From Kiritimatiellia bacterium (GTDB taxonomy: Bacteria; Verrucomicrobiota; Kiritimatiellia; RFP12; UBA1067): DNA of 64,000 nt. A program made the position numbers and the translations under genes. The DNA is taken from NCBI GenBank assembly GCA_050949565.1, contig JBMNFY010000017.1, forward strand, positions 1-64,000, written 5' to 3'. Positions 10,937-19,629 of the stretch are shown here, piece after piece. Position 1 is the stretch's first letter. Every line of letters begins with the position of its first letter. Below the pieces are notes generated by a model. The model worked only from the letters and a program-made list of their open reading frames with translations, was not told where the DNA came from and did no database searches.

Positions 10937-12121
10937 GTGTCTACTTTAGAAGTACTGCAACATATCGCGGTTGTCATTGGCGCGTCGATCCTGTTTTCAA
11001 AGATATTCGGCAAATTCAACTTCCCCGATGTCACCGGTTATTTGATTGGCGGTATCATCATCGGACCGATGGTGTTGAACTTGGTGCCGGCCGATGCGGT
11101 CAAAGGGCTCGAGATCATCAGTGAGGTCGCCCTTGCCATCATCGCATTCAGCATCGGCTCCGAGATGAGGCTTTCCGCTCTGAAAAAAACTGGCAGGGGT
11201 ATCATGTTGATCACACTGCTCGAAGCCTTCGGTGCGTTTTTGGTGGTTTTCCTGTCGCTCTGGCTGATTTTCAGACAGGAGTTCTCATTTTCTCTGGTGC
11301 TCGGCAGTATCGCCTGCGCGACTGCACCAGCAGCCACCCTACTCGTCATCCGGCAGTACAAAGCCAAGGGGCCGGTCGTGGACACGCTGATTCCCGTCGT
11401 CGCGCTGGACGACGCCGTGTGTATCATTGCCTTCGGCATTTGCGCGTCAATCGCCCAAGCCATCGTCGGGGGCGACGCGGTTAATCTGCTGTCCCTTATG
11501 AAGCCCGTCGGAGAGATCGTGTTCTCCATCGCGTTGGGCGGGATCAGTGGCGTGATCGCTACGATCCTGCTACGGTATATCAGATCCGAAGGCGAACTCA
11601 CGTCGTTCATCTTAGGCAGCATGTTCCTGCTCACCTCGATCGCGCTACGATTCTCGCTCTCGTCGTTGCTCGTCATGATGAGCTTCGGCTTCGCACTGAC
11701 GAACCTCAGCCGCGCCGGCGAAAGAGCGGCCACTTCGTTGGACGGGCTGGTCACCCCCATCTTCATGTGCTTCTTTACGCTCTCGGGTGCCGATCTTGAC
11801 TTCAGGGTCTTCGCGACAGTCGGCCTTCTCGCAATTGTCTATGTCGTGACCCGTGTCATCGGTAAGGTTGCCGGGGCAACCGTCGGGGCCAAGCTCGCAA
11901 ACATGCCCAAGACCGTGCAAAAGTATCTGGGATTCACACTCGTGCCACAGGCCGGCGTAGCAATCGGCCTGTCGCTTACGGCATCACGCATCCTGGGAGA
12001 TTCTCACGGACATGAGATCCGTACGATTATTCTCGCGGCGACCGTCCTGTATGAACTGTTCGGACCGATCATCACCAAGGTCGCGCTTGTGAAAGCCGGA
12101 GAGATTGAGACCTCAGCGTAA
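10937..12121 (+). CDS. Cation:proton antiporter (CPA2/Kef-type membrane subunit)
   Basis: Highly hydrophobic; motifs PDVTGYLIGGIIIGP, ATAPAAT, VALDDA, PQAGVAIGL. Confidence 0.92.
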   Translation: MSTLEVLQHIAVVIGASILFSKIFGKFNFPDVTGYLIGGIIIGPMVLNLVPADAVKGLEIISEVALAIIAFSIGSEMRLSALKKTGRGIMLITLLEAFGAFLVVFLSLWLIFRQEFSFSLVLGSIACATAPAATLLVIRQYKAKGPVVDTLIPVVALDDAVCIIAFGICASIAQAIVGGDAVNLLSLMKPVGEIVFSIALGGISGVIATILLRYIRSEGELTSFILGSMFLLTSIALRFSLSSLLVMMSFGFALTNLSRAGERAATSLDGLVTPIFMCFFTLSGADLDFRVFATVGLLAIVYVVTRVIGKVAGATVGAKLANMPKTVQKYLGFTLVPQAGVAIGLSLTASRILGDSHGHEIRTIILAATVLYELFGPIITKVALVKAGEIETSA

Positions 12122-14473
12122 GCCGGGTTGGGGCGACAGCCGCAGTTGATCGATTTTGGCGCCGTCCTCGCGAACCTGTATGCGCAGGGTCACCGTGCCT
12201 TCAGGAAGTCGCAGGGGGATACCATCGGGATTGCCGCGATCTGCGACCATGGCCCAGTACCACTCCATGCTCACTCTCGGCAGGTGCCAGACAAACTGGT
12301 CTAGGATGGAGAACTTCTCGCTGCTGACGGAGACAAAGAACGAGTCATCTTCAGGTGAGGGTGCGATGACACGTGCGGAGAGGTAGTACAGTCCGGCTTT
12401 GGCGACTTGGAGATTTTGCAGGATATAGCCGGCACCGCCACCACGCGCACCGGGCTCGCCGGGAGCCCACACATAGCTGCCGCCGGAGGCTTGCGGATCG
12501 TCCTTGGCCACCACCATGTTCGGGAAGACCGCGCCAGCTTCCGCTTCCCAAACGGCGTCGCGGTCAGGCAGGATCACGACGGAGCCTTCCCGCTGCCGCT
12601 TGAGCGCCTCGGCGATCTGCCGCTTGTAGGCGACGACCACCGGCAAACCGGCCAAGCACTCCCCGCCGAAATCACGGCCATTGACGGCAAGAACGGCACG
12701 CGCAGGCGTGGGCTCAGCACCGCTCAGCGCCATAAAAGGCTTTTGCGTAACCAAGCGCAACGTCTGACCGCTGGCGGCGCTAGCCGTGATCGCGAGGGTG
12801 CCATCGTCACAGCGTGCGTCGGCGGCCGCGGTTGCGAACTCCCGCCGCCACCGCGCGAAGTGCTCGGCATTGTCGGCCTGATCGCAGACGCGGACCCAGA
12901 ACGCAGCACCGACGGGCGTGTCCGTGTCGATGGGCATGCCCCACTGATCGTGGTGGGCAACGGTGAGGCGGATAACACTATGGGGATTGCCGTCGTGAAT
13001 GAGCGCGACCGGCGCGGACTCGCGAACCGTGTTCTGCCCCCAGACCACACGAATCGCCGCAGCCGCCGCGCCATGCCGGATGACGACGGCTGCACCGGGC
13101 GCCACCGGCAATGCCTTGGGTACCTTGGCATCGAAGGTCACGGCGCGATCACCGATGAACAGTTCATCGCTCGGATAAGGCAACACAAAATGGGATTCGA
13201 GAGTCGGGTGGTCCCGGCTGTCCTCCCGTCGATGCAATGCCAAGCCAAGCGCATCTTGACCGTCCTGAACTGCATGCCAGTGAGGCATGAGATGAAGGGT
13301 CTTCCGGTGCGGGCCGGTACCCTCCGGAATCACCTTTTTGCCGTAGGGGTCGCGACGGCCATCAGCAATGAAATAGCCGCGGGGCATTGTTTGCGGGCCG
13401 GCGAAATTCACGACCATCGGCGCGTCCATGTTGTGATAGGTCTTGCCGGCGATACTGAGCGCGACGTGCCGGCCGGCCCACATGACGCGGTACTCGCTGC
13501 CGCTAGGACCCCACACCTGCGTCATCACTCGCGGCACGACCTGTAGATCGCGGAGCCAATCCGCTGGCGGCCGCCAAGAGCTCTGCAACCACAGCAGCGG
13601 CGGCGTAGCATTCGGATTCGGCGACGCGAAGCAACCGGCCGCAGCCAGCCAGGCTTCGACACCGCCGCAACCGCAGAGGTAGTCGTAATCACGGCTATGA
13701 GCGCCGCCCAGACGGAAGGACGGCGCGAAACAGTTGGCGATGGCATCGAGCCAGAAGACCTTCAGCAACGCCTCGCACTGCTCGCGTACGGCTGGCGTAA
13801 CGCAGTACGTATGCAGGCGGTGCAGACATGCCAAATCAACGCTGGCATAGGTCGGGCTGCAATATTCATGAATGCCGTTCACCGCTGTATAGGCACAGAA
13901 GTCGTCCAGGCGCTTGCGACCCTCGGCAAGCACGTCATCGCGTCCGAGCATCTCCCCCATGAGAATGAGGTTCTGGGCATTCATGATGGCGATGTTGGTG
14001 TAGCCGGAAGACACGCGGTGGCGCAGACAGCCCTTGATGGCGTAGTCGATCAACTCGCGCAGGTCTTTGCGCTGCTTGTCGGTGAGCAGCTCACGGTGTT
14101 TGATCCAGATGACTGCGGCATTTTCCATGCAGAAGTCACAGGCATTGAAATCAAGGACAGCGCCGTCACGCCAGTTCCAGCGGAAGTTACCGTAGCCACG
14201 GCTTTCGGGGTCGCGGTCCTGCATGCGCGCAGCAACCTCAAAGAGCCGGTCCAAGCGGTCGAGATTGATCCGCGCTTCGCAAAGCAACAGCGCGTAGGTG
14301 AAGAGTTCGCGGGAGGTCATGTTCGGCGTCAGAGTCTGCACACGGTCCCATACACTCGAACGCTCCGCTTGTCTTTTGATGATGGCGGCGAGGTCATGCT
14401 CCTGCGCACGCAGCGACGAGGTTGCGACGATGAATAAGGCGAGAATGATGATACTGAAACGCACTGCTTTCAT
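12113..14473 (-). CDS. Secreted hypothetical protein: alpha/alpha-toroid (heparinase II/III- or lyase-like) plus a C-terminal CBM-like beta-sandwich
   Basis: GGAGG RBS before MKAVRFS, signal peptide, motifs YTNIAIM, EYCSPTY and GAHSRDY. The C-terminal WEAE...DDSFFV...REDGAKIDQLRL pattern suggests a galactose-binding-like fold. Confidence 0.7.
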   Translation of the reverse strand: MKAVRFSIIILALFIVATSSLRAQEHDLAAIIKRQAERSSVWDRVQTLTPNMTSRELFTYALLLCEARINLDRLDRLFEVAARMQDRDPESRGYGNFRWNWRDGAVLDFNACDFCMENAAVIWIKHRELLTDKQRKDLRELIDYAIKGCLRHRVSSGYTNIAIMNAQNLILMGEMLGRDDVLAEGRKRLDDFCAYTAVNGIHEYCSPTYASVDLACLHRLHTYCVTPAVREQCEALLKVFWLDAIANCFAPSFRLGGAHSRDYDYLCGCGGVEAWLAAAGCFASPNPNATPPLLWLQSSWRPPADWLRDLQVVPRVMTQVWGPSGSEYRVMWAGRHVALSIAGKTYHNMDAPMVVNFAGPQTMPRGYFIADGRRDPYGKKVIPEGTGPHRKTLHLMPHWHAVQDGQDALGLALHRREDSRDHPTLESHFVLPYPSDELFIGDRAVTFDAKVPKALPVAPGAAVVIRHGAAAAAIRVVWGQNTVRESAPVALIHDGNPHSVIRLTVAHHDQWGMPIDTDTPVGAAFWVRVCDQADNAEHFARWRREFATAAADARCDDGTLAITASAASGQTLRLVTQKPFMALSGAEPTPARAVLAVNGRDFGGECLAGLPVVVAYKRQIAEALKRQREGSVVILPDRDAVWEAEAGAVFPNMVVAKDDPQASGGSYVWAPGEPGARGGGAGYILQNLQVAKAGLYYLSARVIAPSPEDDSFFVSVSSEKFSILDQFVWHLPRVSMEWYWAMVADRGNPDGIPLRLPEGTVTLRIQVREDGAKIDQLRLSPQPGLR

Positions 14474-14648
14474 GAGGCCTCCTGTGATGTCTGCGAACAC
14501 GATTCCCAAAACCGTCGGCGGCACCCGCATCTTCACAGATGCTCAAAACCTACAACCTACAGCGCAGACACACCCCTTGAGATTAGGGCAAAACCACCGC
14601 TAAGGCAAGAATGTTCGAATAAAAACCGCGGTGCCGCGGAGGGGGCTC

Positions 14649-14967
14649 ATGGTGCGCGAGGAATGTGTAAGGGCATGCCCGGCTGGTGGGGCTGGCGTGC
14701 CCACACCTTTCAAGGTGTGGGCACAGGCGAGGTTCGGACATGGGGTGTAGCGGCGGTGCGGTGTGTTGGCACGTAGAGCGGGATGAACCTTTAAAAACAG
14801 TGGGGGGGCGACGGGGACGCATGGTGCGCGAGGAAAGCGCAAGGGCATGCCCGGCTGGTGGGGCTGGCGTGCCCACACCTTTCAAGGTGTGGGCGCAGGC
14901 GAGGTTCGGACATGGGGTGCAGCGGCGGTGCGGTGTGTTGGTGCGTAGAGCGGGATGAACCTTTAAA
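14649..14967. repeat. 172-bp-period array of a 28-bp palindrome (orphan copy)
   Basis: GTGCCCACACC TTTCAA GGTGTGGGCRC at 14697-14724 and 14869-14896. Right-half copies also follow each MITE (about 15253 and 15623). Confidence 0.92.
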
Positions 14968-15252
14968 CCTAAAAAGAGCAGTTGAGCATGCAGATTTTGA
15001 GCAAAGCCCCGTAAACATTGGCTTCCGTTGAGATCCGCGCCGCACCTATTTGGTGCAGAACGCAATTTCTGATTGGAACCACGGAACACACTAAACACAC
15101 GGAAACAGAGCCATGCCTTTCCGTGTGTTCGGTGTGTTCCGTGGTTAAACAATCGATCCCGATAGCGATCCCGATCCCGATTTGGATCAAACCATGAAAC
15201 CTTGAAACCAGAAACCAAAGAGAGTTGAAGGCTCAACTGCTCTTTTTAGGTT
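14966..15252. mobile_element. MITE-like element, copy 1 (287 bp, 22-bp perfect terminal inverted repeats)
   Basis: AACCTAAAAAGAGCAGTTGAGC (14966-14987) and GCTCAACTGCTCTTTTTAGGTT (15231-15252); no transposase. Confidence 0.75.
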
Positions 15253-15335
15253 CAAGGTGTGGGCACAGGCGAGGTTCGGACATGGGGTGCAGCGGCGGTG
15301 CGGTGTGTTGGCGCGTAGAGCGGGATGAACCTTTA

Positions 15336-15622
15336 AACCTAAAAAGAGCAGTTGAGCATGCAGATTTTGAGCAAAGCCCCGTAAACATTGGCTTCCGTTG
15401 AGATCCGCGCCGCACCTATTTGGTGCAGAACGCAATTTCTGATTGGAACTACGGAACACACTAAACACACGGAAACAGAGCCATGCCTTTCCGTGTGTTC
15501 GGTGTGTTCCGTGGTTAAACAATCGATCCCGATAGCGATCCCGATCCCGATTTGGATCAAACCATGAAACCTTGAAACCAGAAACCAAAGAGAGTTGAAG
15601 GCTCAACTGCTCTTTTTAGGTT
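15336..15622. mobile_element. MITE-like element, copy 2 (part of a 370-bp tandem duplication)
   Basis: Near-identical to 14966-15252 with the same terminal inverted repeats. Confidence 0.75.
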
Positions 15623-15709
15623 CAAGGTGTGGGCACAGGCGAGGTTCGGACATGGGGTGCCGTGGCTGCTCTGTTTGGGGCTTAAAAAACCGATGCGTTA
15701 TGCGCGGAC

Positions 15710-15737
15710 GGCGGCTCGCGGGGACGCCCGCCCTCCC
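15710..15737. repeat. REP-like repeat (GGCGGCTCG...CGCCCTCCC type)
   Basis: An inverted homolog lies at 45330-45358. Confidence 0.55.
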
Positions 15738-15818
15738 AAAAATTCCTAGCTCCGAAATCCTTTGCGTTCTTTGCTGTTCCCGCAGTTCTCGGCGCATAAA
15801 CGGAAACATTCGTCTTAG

Positions 15819-15858
15819 AAAGCGGCGTCGCGCGGAATACCGCTTGCCGCCGCACTCC
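15819..15858. repeat. REP-like repeat (AAAGCGGCG...GCCGCACTCC type)
   Basis: Nearly identical to about 21600-21639. Confidence 0.75.
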
Positions 15859-15966
15859 CGATTCTTTCGTCAGACTTGGGATGAATTTGCAAAGGGGCGG
15901 AGCAGGGACGAGCAAACGCTCGTGCCCCTCGGCATAATTGAGAGTTGAGCGTTGAACGTTGAGAGT

Positions 15967-17286
15967 TCAAACCCGCGGTTTGAACGCATGCGTGGCTTCT
16001 ACCTTGCCGGTGAACATATTGTGCACGCGCACCTTCAGTTCACCGTCCTCCACCTTACCCTCAATGACTGTGGGAAATTTATCGGCGACCATGTGCGGTC
16101 CGCCGCCCACGATCTGCGCCCACGGCCGCTCTGCCGTCGGTTCATCGTAGCGGTAACAGTGACAGTGTCCGGCCACCACAAGTTGTGCCCCGTACTGCTT
16201 CAGCAGGGGCCCCCACTCGTCGTGCCCCTGCTTCTGCCAAGCGGCATAGTTTTCGAGTGTGTTACCGGGGTTCGCGTCCGGTCTTGAATCGAAGATCGGG
16301 ATATGCATGAAGGCCACGATATACGGCGCGCGCGCAATCTCGGGGCGTTTGAACTGATCCGCGAGCCACGCCGTCTGCATCGTGCGGTACGGCTCGAAGC
16401 GCGTCGCGCCACCCGCAGAGGGATGGAAGTCCGGCTTGTCTTCGCCCGTATCGAGTCCGATCAGCGCGATCTCACCCTGACGCACCGCGAAGTTGCGCAC
16501 GAGCGGCCAGTCGCGTCCTGAACGTTCGGAGGGCAAGCGCCCCATCATGACCTCGGTTGAGTGGAGGCATGCGCGTCCACGGAAATCGTGGTTACCGTTG
16601 ATGAAGAAGACCGGCTGCGTGGTGGCGTAATCGCCCCCTGTCTCCGTTTTCAGGAACACCTTGACCAGTTCCTCGCGCGTCTCCGTGTGGCTGGAGGCGT
16701 CCCCCAACCACAACGTCACCGGTGCTCCGATCGCACGGAGTTTTTGCGCCAACAGAGCAAACGTTTTCCAATTCGTATGAGTATCCGTAATCACCGAGAA
16801 GTGAGACGACGCATTTTCGCCGCATGTGGTGAAGGAGTAGACCTTCGACCATTCCGGCGGCGAGGGCTTCTTCCAGTAGCCGACGGGAAAGGCGAGCGTG
16901 GACGCGCCGACACGATACCAGTACTTTGTTCCCGGCTTGAGGCCCGTCATGCGGATGCGCATCACGCGGTCGTCCAGCATCGCAAGCGGCACCCCTTCGC
17001 ATGCGTACTGCACCGCATTCTCCATCTTCTCGTTGTCGGCCACTTCGGCGTAGCCCAATGCAAAGTCACTCACCGCGAACGCCACGCCCATCGAATCCGG
17101 TGCCGGGCATTGTAGCACCGGCTCCGAGTCGAGCAGCTTTTGCGGCACCGGAAGTTGGGTCGCGTGCCACCTGTCATGATACTTCTGCTCGTGGTTGACG
17201 ATGCCCGCCGCACGTACCCCGCCGACCGCACTCATCGCCGCAAGAAGCGCCGATCCTTTGATAAATGAACGCCTTTCAAGATTCAT
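15967..17286 (-). CDS. Tat-exported metallophosphoesterase (purple acid phosphatase-like, FN3 plus calcineurin-like domains)
   Basis: RRSFIK twin-arginine signal; DTH, GD, GNHD, HIP and GHCH motifs. Confidence 0.9.
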   Translation of the reverse strand: MNLERRSFIKGSALLAAMSAVGGVRAAGIVNHEQKYHDRWHATQLPVPQKLLDSEPVLQCPAPDSMGVAFAVSDFALGYAEVADNEKMENAVQYACEGVPLAMLDDRVMRIRMTGLKPGTKYWYRVGASTLAFPVGYWKKPSPPEWSKVYSFTTCGENASSHFSVITDTHTNWKTFALLAQKLRAIGAPVTLWLGDASSHTETREELVKVFLKTETGGDYATTQPVFFINGNHDFRGRACLHSTEVMMGRLPSERSGRDWPLVRNFAVRQGEIALIGLDTGEDKPDFHPSAGGATRFEPYRTMQTAWLADQFKRPEIARAPYIVAFMHIPIFDSRPDANPGNTLENYAAWQKQGHDEWGPLLKQYGAQLVVAGHCHCYRYDEPTAERPWAQIVGGGPHMVADKFPTVIEGKVEDGELKVRVHNMFTGKVEATHAFKPRV

Positions 17287-17307
17287 GTCTGTCCTTTCAT
17301 GCTTGGA

Positions 17308-18066
17308 TCACTTAAAAATCACGTGGGCAAAGATAGGGCGATGGTCGGAGGCCATCGGTTCGTTGACCACGCATGACTCGGGCACCTCAACCGTCGTGTT
17401 TTTTGAGACGAAAATATAGTCGATGATACGGTCTGGCTTGTCTGCCGGAAAGGTCGGCTGCAAGGGACTGATGCGTGTCCAGAACTTTTCGAACACCAGC
17501 ATCTCGGTCGTTTCAGGCTTCGCATTGAAATCGCCGGCCAAGAGAACGGGCTTGTTGAACTTGGCCTGTTCTTGGTTGATGATCTCGGCCGACGCCTGAC
17601 GGCTTTCGGCGGTCAACGACAAGTGGGTGCAGAAGAACACGAAAGTGTCAAACTCACAGACCAGCAGCGTCCGGGGCTCCTCCTTGCCGGGCAGGGGAAG
17701 GTGATACGAGCGAAGCGGTTTTGTTTTTGAGAGGATGCCGACCCCATACGCCCCGCCTTGATAGGGAATGGCCTCACCGAATGTGCCGATCATTCCCGTG
17801 GCGACCGCAAGTTCCTGCAACATGTCGCGGCCCGCGCTCCGTTTGGTTTTCCGATCCAGTTCTTGCAGGGCCACCACATCGGGCGCCTGATTCGAGATCA
17901 CGCCTGCAACCCTTGCGACATTGACCGCGTGATAATCATCCAGCCCACGGCAGTTACGGACATTGTACGACAGGACACGCAGGGGTTCCTGCGCTCCCGC
18001 AGATTGACAGAGAGTGATGATGCTGGGCATAACGAGGAGAGAGAAAAGACGGATGAGCCGGTTCAT
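17308..18066 (-). CDS. Secreted endonuclease/exonuclease/phosphatase family protein
   Basis: SYNV, LQE, THL, GDFN, IDYIF and SDH motifs; signal peptide. Confidence 0.92.
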   Translation of the reverse strand: MNRLIRLFSLLVMPSIITLCQSAGAQEPLRVLSYNVRNCRGLDDYHAVNVARVAGVISNQAPDVVALQELDRKTKRSAGRDMLQELAVATGMIGTFGEAIPYQGGAYGVGILSKTKPLRSYHLPLPGKEEPRTLLVCEFDTFVFFCTHLSLTAESRQASAEIINQEQAKFNKPVLLAGDFNAKPETTEMLVFEKFWTRISPLQPTFPADKPDRIIDYIFVSKNTTVEVPESCVVNEPMASDHRPIFAHVIFK

Positions 18067-18247
18067 GGTAGGTCGTTACCTTTCTTGGTGCTGTTCATTT
18101 ATCTTTCCCTTCCTCACATCGAACGAGAGTTCAAGACCAAGGACTTCTGCAATCCTAAACACGAATCGCACTATAGTATGATTTTTGAAAGAAAAGCAAG
18201 CGCAACACACCCATAAACCGTAAAAATTACATTTTGCGTTAAAAAGC

Positions 18248-18682
18248 TCAACTTTCAACGTCGCGACTGACCTCAATCACCCGCGTCTCCGGGTCGTCAG
18301 TGAGCGACAGGCGGACGTGCAGCGCGTCTGGCGGAATCAGGTCGCCAGCGCGGTCCGGCCATTCAACCGCCACCACTGCCCCGTTCTCCAGATATTCGGG
18401 GTAGCCAATAGTCAACAAGTCATCCGGTCCATTCAAGCGGTAGAGATCCATGTGCGCCAACGTGAATGATGCCGTACGGTGTTCTGTGCAGACCGTAAAG
18501 GTCGGACTAGTCACCGGACGTTTCAGTCCCAATGCAAAGCCCAGCCCTTGGACAAAGGTCGTCTTGCCGGCACCGAGATCGCCATGCAGCGCGATCACCA
18601 TGCCCGGCACAAGTTGTCGCGCGACCTCGGCGGCCACCTGCCACGTCTCTTCGACTGACCGGACGGTATAAGTTTTGCGGCT
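18248..18682 (-). CDS. tsaE: tRNA threonylcarbamoyladenosine biosynthesis ATPase TsaE
   Basis: GDLGAGKT, VTSPTF, HMDLYRL, VEW. Start placed at MSRKT; a GTG at 18697 is an alternative. Confidence 0.95.
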   Translation of the reverse strand, partial: SRKTYTVRSVEETWQVAAEVARQLVPGMVIALHGDLGAGKTTFVQGLGFALGLKRPVTSPTFTVCTEHRTASFTLAHMDLYRLNGPDDLLTIGYPEYLENGAVVAVEWPDRAGDLIPPDALHVRLSLTDDPETRVIEVSRDVES

Positions 18683-19623
18683 CATTTTTTCAGCCACGCG
18701 ATGATCTCATCCGTGAAACGGTCCATGTATTCGTCGGCAAACGCCGACGCATGAGGCATCCGTACCAGCCCCGGCAGGTCAGCCGCGAGCGGCGAATCCG
18801 GCGTGAGCGGCTCGTCCGCGAACACGTCCAAGCACGCGCCGCGCAACGTGCCCTTCTGGAGCGCGCGCGCCAGCGCGGCTTCATCGACGCAATTACCGCG
18901 ACCGACGTTGTAGAGCACCGCGTGGCGTGGCAGCTTAGCCAGCCGCGCGGCATTGATCATCCGGTCTGTGCCAGTATCGGAAGGCAAGACAAGAATCAGG
19001 TGATCGGCTTCAGGCAACACGGTGTCGAGTTGGTCGGCCGTGAGTTGGCGGTCGCCCGGAGTGAACCACGGCGGCAATTGCGCGGGCGGCGTACGCCGGA
19101 GTCCGGTCACGCGCACGCCGAAGGGCTTGAGCAGGCTGCCAATCGCCTTGCCGATGTGGCCGAAGCCGAGGATCACTGCATGCGATCCGTGCAGCAGGCG
19201 CACAGTACCGTACAGCGCCGAATTCGGCCAGAGGTCGCCCCGGAGTTGATGCGCGTAAGCCGTGAAGATACCGCGTTCGAAGGCCAGCATCATTCCCAGC
19301 ACTGTCTCCGCCATCAACGGTCCGTGGAACGTGCCGTAGCGTACCGTGACGCCTTGCGGCGGATCAAGCGGCGAGAGGTCACGCCCCGCAGCGCTGGAGA
19401 GCACCGCACGTAGCCGCGGCGCACGCGCGAACCACTCTTGGCGGAACGCCCAGGACACCACGATTTGCGCCTGCGGCAGCGTGCGCAGGCAGGAACGCTC
19501 GCTGTGGCACCACGTCACACGTGCTGCGGGAAACGCCTGGCGTAACCGTGCGATGTGCTCCTTGCGCATGCGGAAGTAGGGCACCGATGCCTCTTGGTAC
19601 ACGACAATTGAATCGATTTTCAT
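18682..19623 (-). CDS. D-2-hydroxyacid dehydrogenase family protein
   Basis: GFGHIG NAD-binding motif, NVGRG, LDVFADEPL, MPH. Confidence 0.92.
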   Translation of the reverse strand: MKIDSIVVYQEASVPYFRMRKEHIARLRQAFPAARVTWCHSERSCLRTLPQAQIVVSWAFRQEWFARAPRLRAVLSSAAGRDLSPLDPPQGVTVRYGTFHGPLMAETVLGMMLAFERGIFTAYAHQLRGDLWPNSALYGTVRLLHGSHAVILGFGHIGKAIGSLLKPFGVRVTGLRRTPPAQLPPWFTPGDRQLTADQLDTVLPEADHLILVLPSDTGTDRMINAARLAKLPRHAVLYNVGRGNCVDEAALARALQKGTLRGACLDVFADEPLTPDSPLAADLPGLVRMPHASAFADEYMDRFTDEIIAWLKK

Positions 19624-19629
19624 CTTCTC

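Noticed and set aside
14583-15948. Many short ORFs in the repeat region
   Set aside because: They are translations of repeats (DRDRYRDR, TEHTEHTE) with no protein-like signal.
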